A stretch of 20,000 bases of DNA from an uncultured virus (IMG/VR IMGVR_UViG_3300049170_000088) (taxonomy: Duplodnaviria; Heunggongvirae; Uroviricota; Caudoviricetes), in the IMG/VR virus record IMGVR_UViG_3300049170_000088, one strand, 5' to 3'. This document shows, in pieces, positions 16,972 through 20,000 of this stretch. The notes below the pieces were generated by a model. The model was not told the DNA's origin, searched no databases, and saw nothing but the letters and a program-made list of their open reading frames with translations. Each line of letters begins with the position of its first letter. Positions within the stretch are counted from its first letter, which is position 1. Both the position numbers and the translations under genes were made by a program.

Positions 16972-17142
16972 TCACATACGGGGGAGCACGACGGCGGCCA
17001 GCAGGAAGAGTGCTCCCACGGCGACGTCCCTCAACTCGCGTGCGGTGGGCCGGAATACCTCGCCGCGCCGCAGCGGCACCCAGCGCACGGAATACGGGCG
17101 CGGCGGCGTGGCGTTCGCGGGCTCGACAGGCTGATCGTCCAT
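16972..17142 (-). CDS. 56-aa protein with C-terminal TM helix; not in ORF track
   Basis: AAAGGA RBS; MDDQPVEP...VAVGALFLLAAVVLPRM. Confidence 0.6.
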   Translation of the reverse strand: MDDQPVEPANATPPRPYSVRWVPLRRGEVFRPTARELRDVAVGALFLLAAVVLPRM

Positions 17143-17323
17143 GCTGAACGGGTCCTTTACTGAGCTGTCAGTCTGGCTGCTGATGCCGGTGCTACGGGAC
17201 TCTTCCGGCGCCCCTGCCGGTGCTGCCGCGGGGGCGCCATCTTCTTGTTCCGAGACTACCCCCGCTTAGGGTGTCGTCAATACCGCTATTGCCCGAAGGC
17301 CCGCTGTGTGCAAGCATTCGGCC

Positions 17324-17719
17324 ATGCGAACGAAGCAGCAGCCCAACGGCAGGCTCACCGACGAGGAGCGCCAGGACCCGAAGATCGCTGAACTCCTCCA
17401 GCTCTTCGCCGACGTCGACATCATCGAGACCCTGTACGCCGACGCCTACCGGCTGCGCGACGAGCAGTTCACGACCCTGGTCGAAGAGGCGGGAACGCGC
17501 GGCCCTGGCCGCGGGCTGTCGGTCCGGCTGGGCAACGAGCTGGGTGTCACCGACGCCGCGGTGAAGTCCATGAAGGGCAAGACGCGCCGGCGTCGTACGG
17601 AGGGCGAGCTGGTCACGGGCGTGAAGGCCAGGGCCGCGCTCGCCGCGCTGCAAGCGGCCGGAAACGCCTACCGCGCGGTCATGGCCGAGGAGGAGGGCGA
17701 CGGCGGCGGTAGCGCCTGA
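17324..17719 (+). CDS. Putative HTH regulatory protein
   Basis: Strong GC3; LSVRLGNELGVTDAAVKSM is HTH-like, followed by basic KTRRRR. Confidence 0.6.
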   Translation: MRTKQQPNGRLTDEERQDPKIAELLQLFADVDIIETLYADAYRLRDEQFTTLVEEAGTRGPGRGLSVRLGNELGVTDAAVKSMKGKTRRRRTEGELVTGVKARAALAALQAAGNAYRAVMAEEEGDGGGSA

Positions 17720-18052
17720 TCGACCGGCGCGCCCGGACATCCAGGACTACTGCGATCAAAGGGGACGGGTGCCACCATCGGGTGGACCATGCCCCTCCCG
17801 TGTCCCCCCCCAGGCAAAGCAAAGGCCCGACCGGTCACCAAAACCGGCCGGGCCTGCTGCTCGGAGCCCTGCGTCCGCCAACAGCTCGCAAGACGTCTAC
17901 GCTCCCCCCGCGGTCCATAGCTTCCCAGGGCCTGAACCGCTTGACCCGGCTGTCACCGGGTCCGATGCCCATCCACTCAGATCAGATAAGGCTCTTCGAA
18001 GGTACACCATGCCCGGCGTGGCGGTGCCTGCGAAAGCCGAGGAAGGCTGTAC

Positions 18053-19177
18053 GTGACCTCCGCAACACAGATCCGCGCGCCCCGCGACCCCGACGACGGC
18101 TCCGGCCCGCAGGTCACCTTCACCGTGCAGTCCTGGCGCCGGATCGTCCGTGACGCCATCGACGATCCCGGCCTGGAGTCGCTGCCCTGCCGCCGTGATC
18201 TGCTGCTGGTCGCCTACGACTTCGCCTCCCTGTGCGACGTCGCCGGTCGCGGCGCCTACTCCTCCGAGCCCCGCAAGGGCAACGCCCGCTCGGAGCGGCC
18301 GGACGCGAGCCTGTGCGAGTTCACCGAGATCGGCCGGTTGCAGGTCGCCAAGATGCTCAAGCTGCTGATCGCTCTGGGGCTGCTGCGTCAGGTCAGAAAG
18401 GCGCAGATGAACCAGCAGGCCGTCTACGTGGCCTCCATCCCGCCGCGCGGATACGCGGAGATCGGCGAGTGCCTGGCGGTCGCCGCGGCGCTCGGATTCA
18501 AGCCGCGGGCCAAGCGGGACACCAGCCGGGCCAGCGAGGAGAGGCGCCGCCGCAAGGCTCACGACGAGGCGCGCCAGGTGCTCGATGAGGTACCTCAAAC
18601 GGCCGTGGACGAGCCTGTGGATAACCCGGTCAGGGACGTCGTCCCGACGACGTCCCTGGAGTGTCGTCCCGACGACGTCCCTCCACGTCGTGCGGACGAC
18701 GTCCCAGGCGGTCGTGCGGACGACGCCCCTCTTCCTATAGGGGTTCTAGGTAGTAGGGGAACTATCTCTAGTCACCTAGGTACAGGTCCCTGGTCGCTCG
18801 CGACCGGCGCCGGAAAAGAAGATCATCTGGTGGGGGGTGAGGAGAGCGATCAGCCGTCCGTCACGACGACCACGATCGACGGCTCACCTGCCGAGAACCG
18901 GTGGGGTGCGGCCGTCTCCCAGCAGGCGATCAGACAGACCGGACGCGAGCGGGCCCGTGAGGAGCGTGCCTCGGTTCCCCGCTGCCAGGGCCTGACCGGC
19001 AACGGCTGCGCCTACGACCGGCCGATCTCGCCGAGCAACGACAAGGACTTGTGTCTGCGCTGTCACGGCGACCTGGTGACGGCCGCCGGCTCATCCGCCG
19101 GCGATCAGCCGCTATCGTTCGAGGCTCCCGAGATGCCGCCGCCGAACTACGGCACCGAGGACGGAGCAGACTCATGA
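18053..19177 (+). CDS. Probable replication initiator (N-terminal wHTH-like, internal origin, C-terminal 4-Cys motif)
   Basis: RBS GAGGAAGG; LCEFTEIGRLQVAKMLKLLIALGLLRQV wHTH-like; internal iterons; C..C..CLRCH. Confidence 0.7.
   Translation: MTSATQIRAPRDPDDGSGPQVTFTVQSWRRIVRDAIDDPGLESLPCRRDLLLVAYDFASLCDVAGRGAYSSEPRKGNARSERPDASLCEFTEIGRLQVAKMLKLLIALGLLRQVRKAQMNQQAVYVASIPPRGYAEIGECLAVAAALGFKPRAKRDTSRASEERRRRKAHDEARQVLDEVPQTAVDEPVDNPVRDVVPTTSLECRPDDVPPRRADDVPGGRADDAPLPIGVLGSRGTISSHLGTGPWSLATGAGKEDHLVGGEESDQPSVTTTTIDGSPAENRWGAAVSQQAIRQTGRERAREERASVPRCQGLTGNGCAYDRPISPSNDKDLCLRCHGDLVTAAGSSAGDQPLSFEAPEMPPPNYGTEDGADS
18616..18786. promoter_or_regulatory. Putative replication origin: DnaA box, four 19-bp iterons, AT-richer tract
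   Basis: TGTGGATAA at 18616-18624; GTCGT(CCCG/GCGG)ACGACGYCCC at 18638, 18663, 18687, 18711; TAG-rich lower-GC tract 18730-18786. Confidence 0.8.
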
Positions 19178-19542
19178 CCTCCCGCGATCACGGGCCGCAC
19201 GACTGCGTTCCGATAGCTGAGCTGGACAAGATCTTCCAGGTGGCCAGTGACCTGAAGATCCCCGCGTCCGTCGCCGCCCGCTGGCTGGCGCTGCTCCAGG
19301 AGATGCGCCAGCGCAAGGTCCGCGGCGAGCTGGCCATGCCGGTCGGGGCCGCTGCGGAGATCGGGGTGGCCCATGCCTACCGCCGCGGGGAGCCGTGGGC
19401 CGCGGAGTTCTTCCGCTCGCTGTACGCCTCGTCGGTGGGCGATCTGTGGGACGACTCGCTGCTCGATGTGCTCGCCACGGCCGCCGAGGTGAACGGGGAC
19501 GGCGTGACGGCCGCCCGTGCCGCGGTAGGACTTCTCGATTAA
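19174..19542 (+). CDS. Hypothetical protein coupled to the initiator
   Basis: ATGA overlap at 19174-19177, GGAG RBS, GC3-rich codons. Confidence 0.7.
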   Translation: MTSRDHGPHDCVPIAELDKIFQVASDLKIPASVAARWLALLQEMRQRKVRGELAMPVGAAAEIGVAHAYRRGEPWAAEFFRSLYASSVGDLWDDSLLDVLATAAEVNGDGVTAARAAVGLLD

Positions 19543-20000
19543 CGATCTGTCCGTTTTAGGATCATTTCGGAACGTTTCGGTCGTAGTGTCCGGGCGGAAC
19601 TGGCGGGCGTGAGATCATCTCTGCACCGCGACCGTCTCGCCGGCGCATTGCGCCGTCAGCGACGAAAGACGGCCGCACCGCCCGGTGCAGTCGGTCCGGG
19701 CGGCGGGCGCCCTCGCGGGCCGCAGCCACAGGGCGCCCGCCGTGGAGCAGGCGGCCGCGACGCGACCGCCCCCACTATTGCCGTGTACCGGTCAAGAGGC
19801 TTCGTCGGCGAGACCCGGAATTCTTGCTGGGGGGGAACCCTTCCGCGGGCGCGCGCGAGCGATTCGCCCTCATCTGCGATGGTCCGGCCTGGTACGTCCG
19901 GTATCCGCCGGTCGGTGGCTGCTTGCTGCTGATTGTGTTCATTGACTGATCTTTGTCTGTCTGTGCTCCCATCTCCCCCTCTCCCCCCCCTGCCCCTGTC

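Noticed and set aside
17720..18052. ORFs or a control RNA upstream of the initiator
   Set aside because: Weak codon bias and no clear structure identifiable by eye.
18638..18729. Repeat array as a mini-CRISPR
   Set aside because: Spacers only 5-6 bp, inside a CDS, no cas genes; fits iterons.
19543..20000. Short ORFs and a terminal pyrimidine-rich tract
   Set aside because: No convincing codon bias or motif; context cut by the window edge.

Overview
Very GC-rich actinobacterial (Streptomyces-like) phage or phage-plasmid segment. Left arm, minus strand: a head module (DUF1360-like membrane protein, portal carrying a 157-aa mini-intein, multi-domain prohead protease, two small genes, then the N-terminus of the probable major capsid protein running off the left edge). 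Middle: a divergent HK97-gp10-like gene, a tandem Xis/AlpA-like HTH protein, small basic or disordered proteins, and a C5 cytosine methyltransferase whose target-recognition-like repeats sit in an overlapping +1 frame. Right: a minus-strand cluster of Spd/DUF2637-like membrane genes headed by a truncated WhiB-like gene, a divergent single-chain tandem Phd/YefM-type protein, and a probable replication initiator containing its own origin (DnaA box, four iterons, AT-richer tract). Family calls come from motif recognition by eye; no database search was run.
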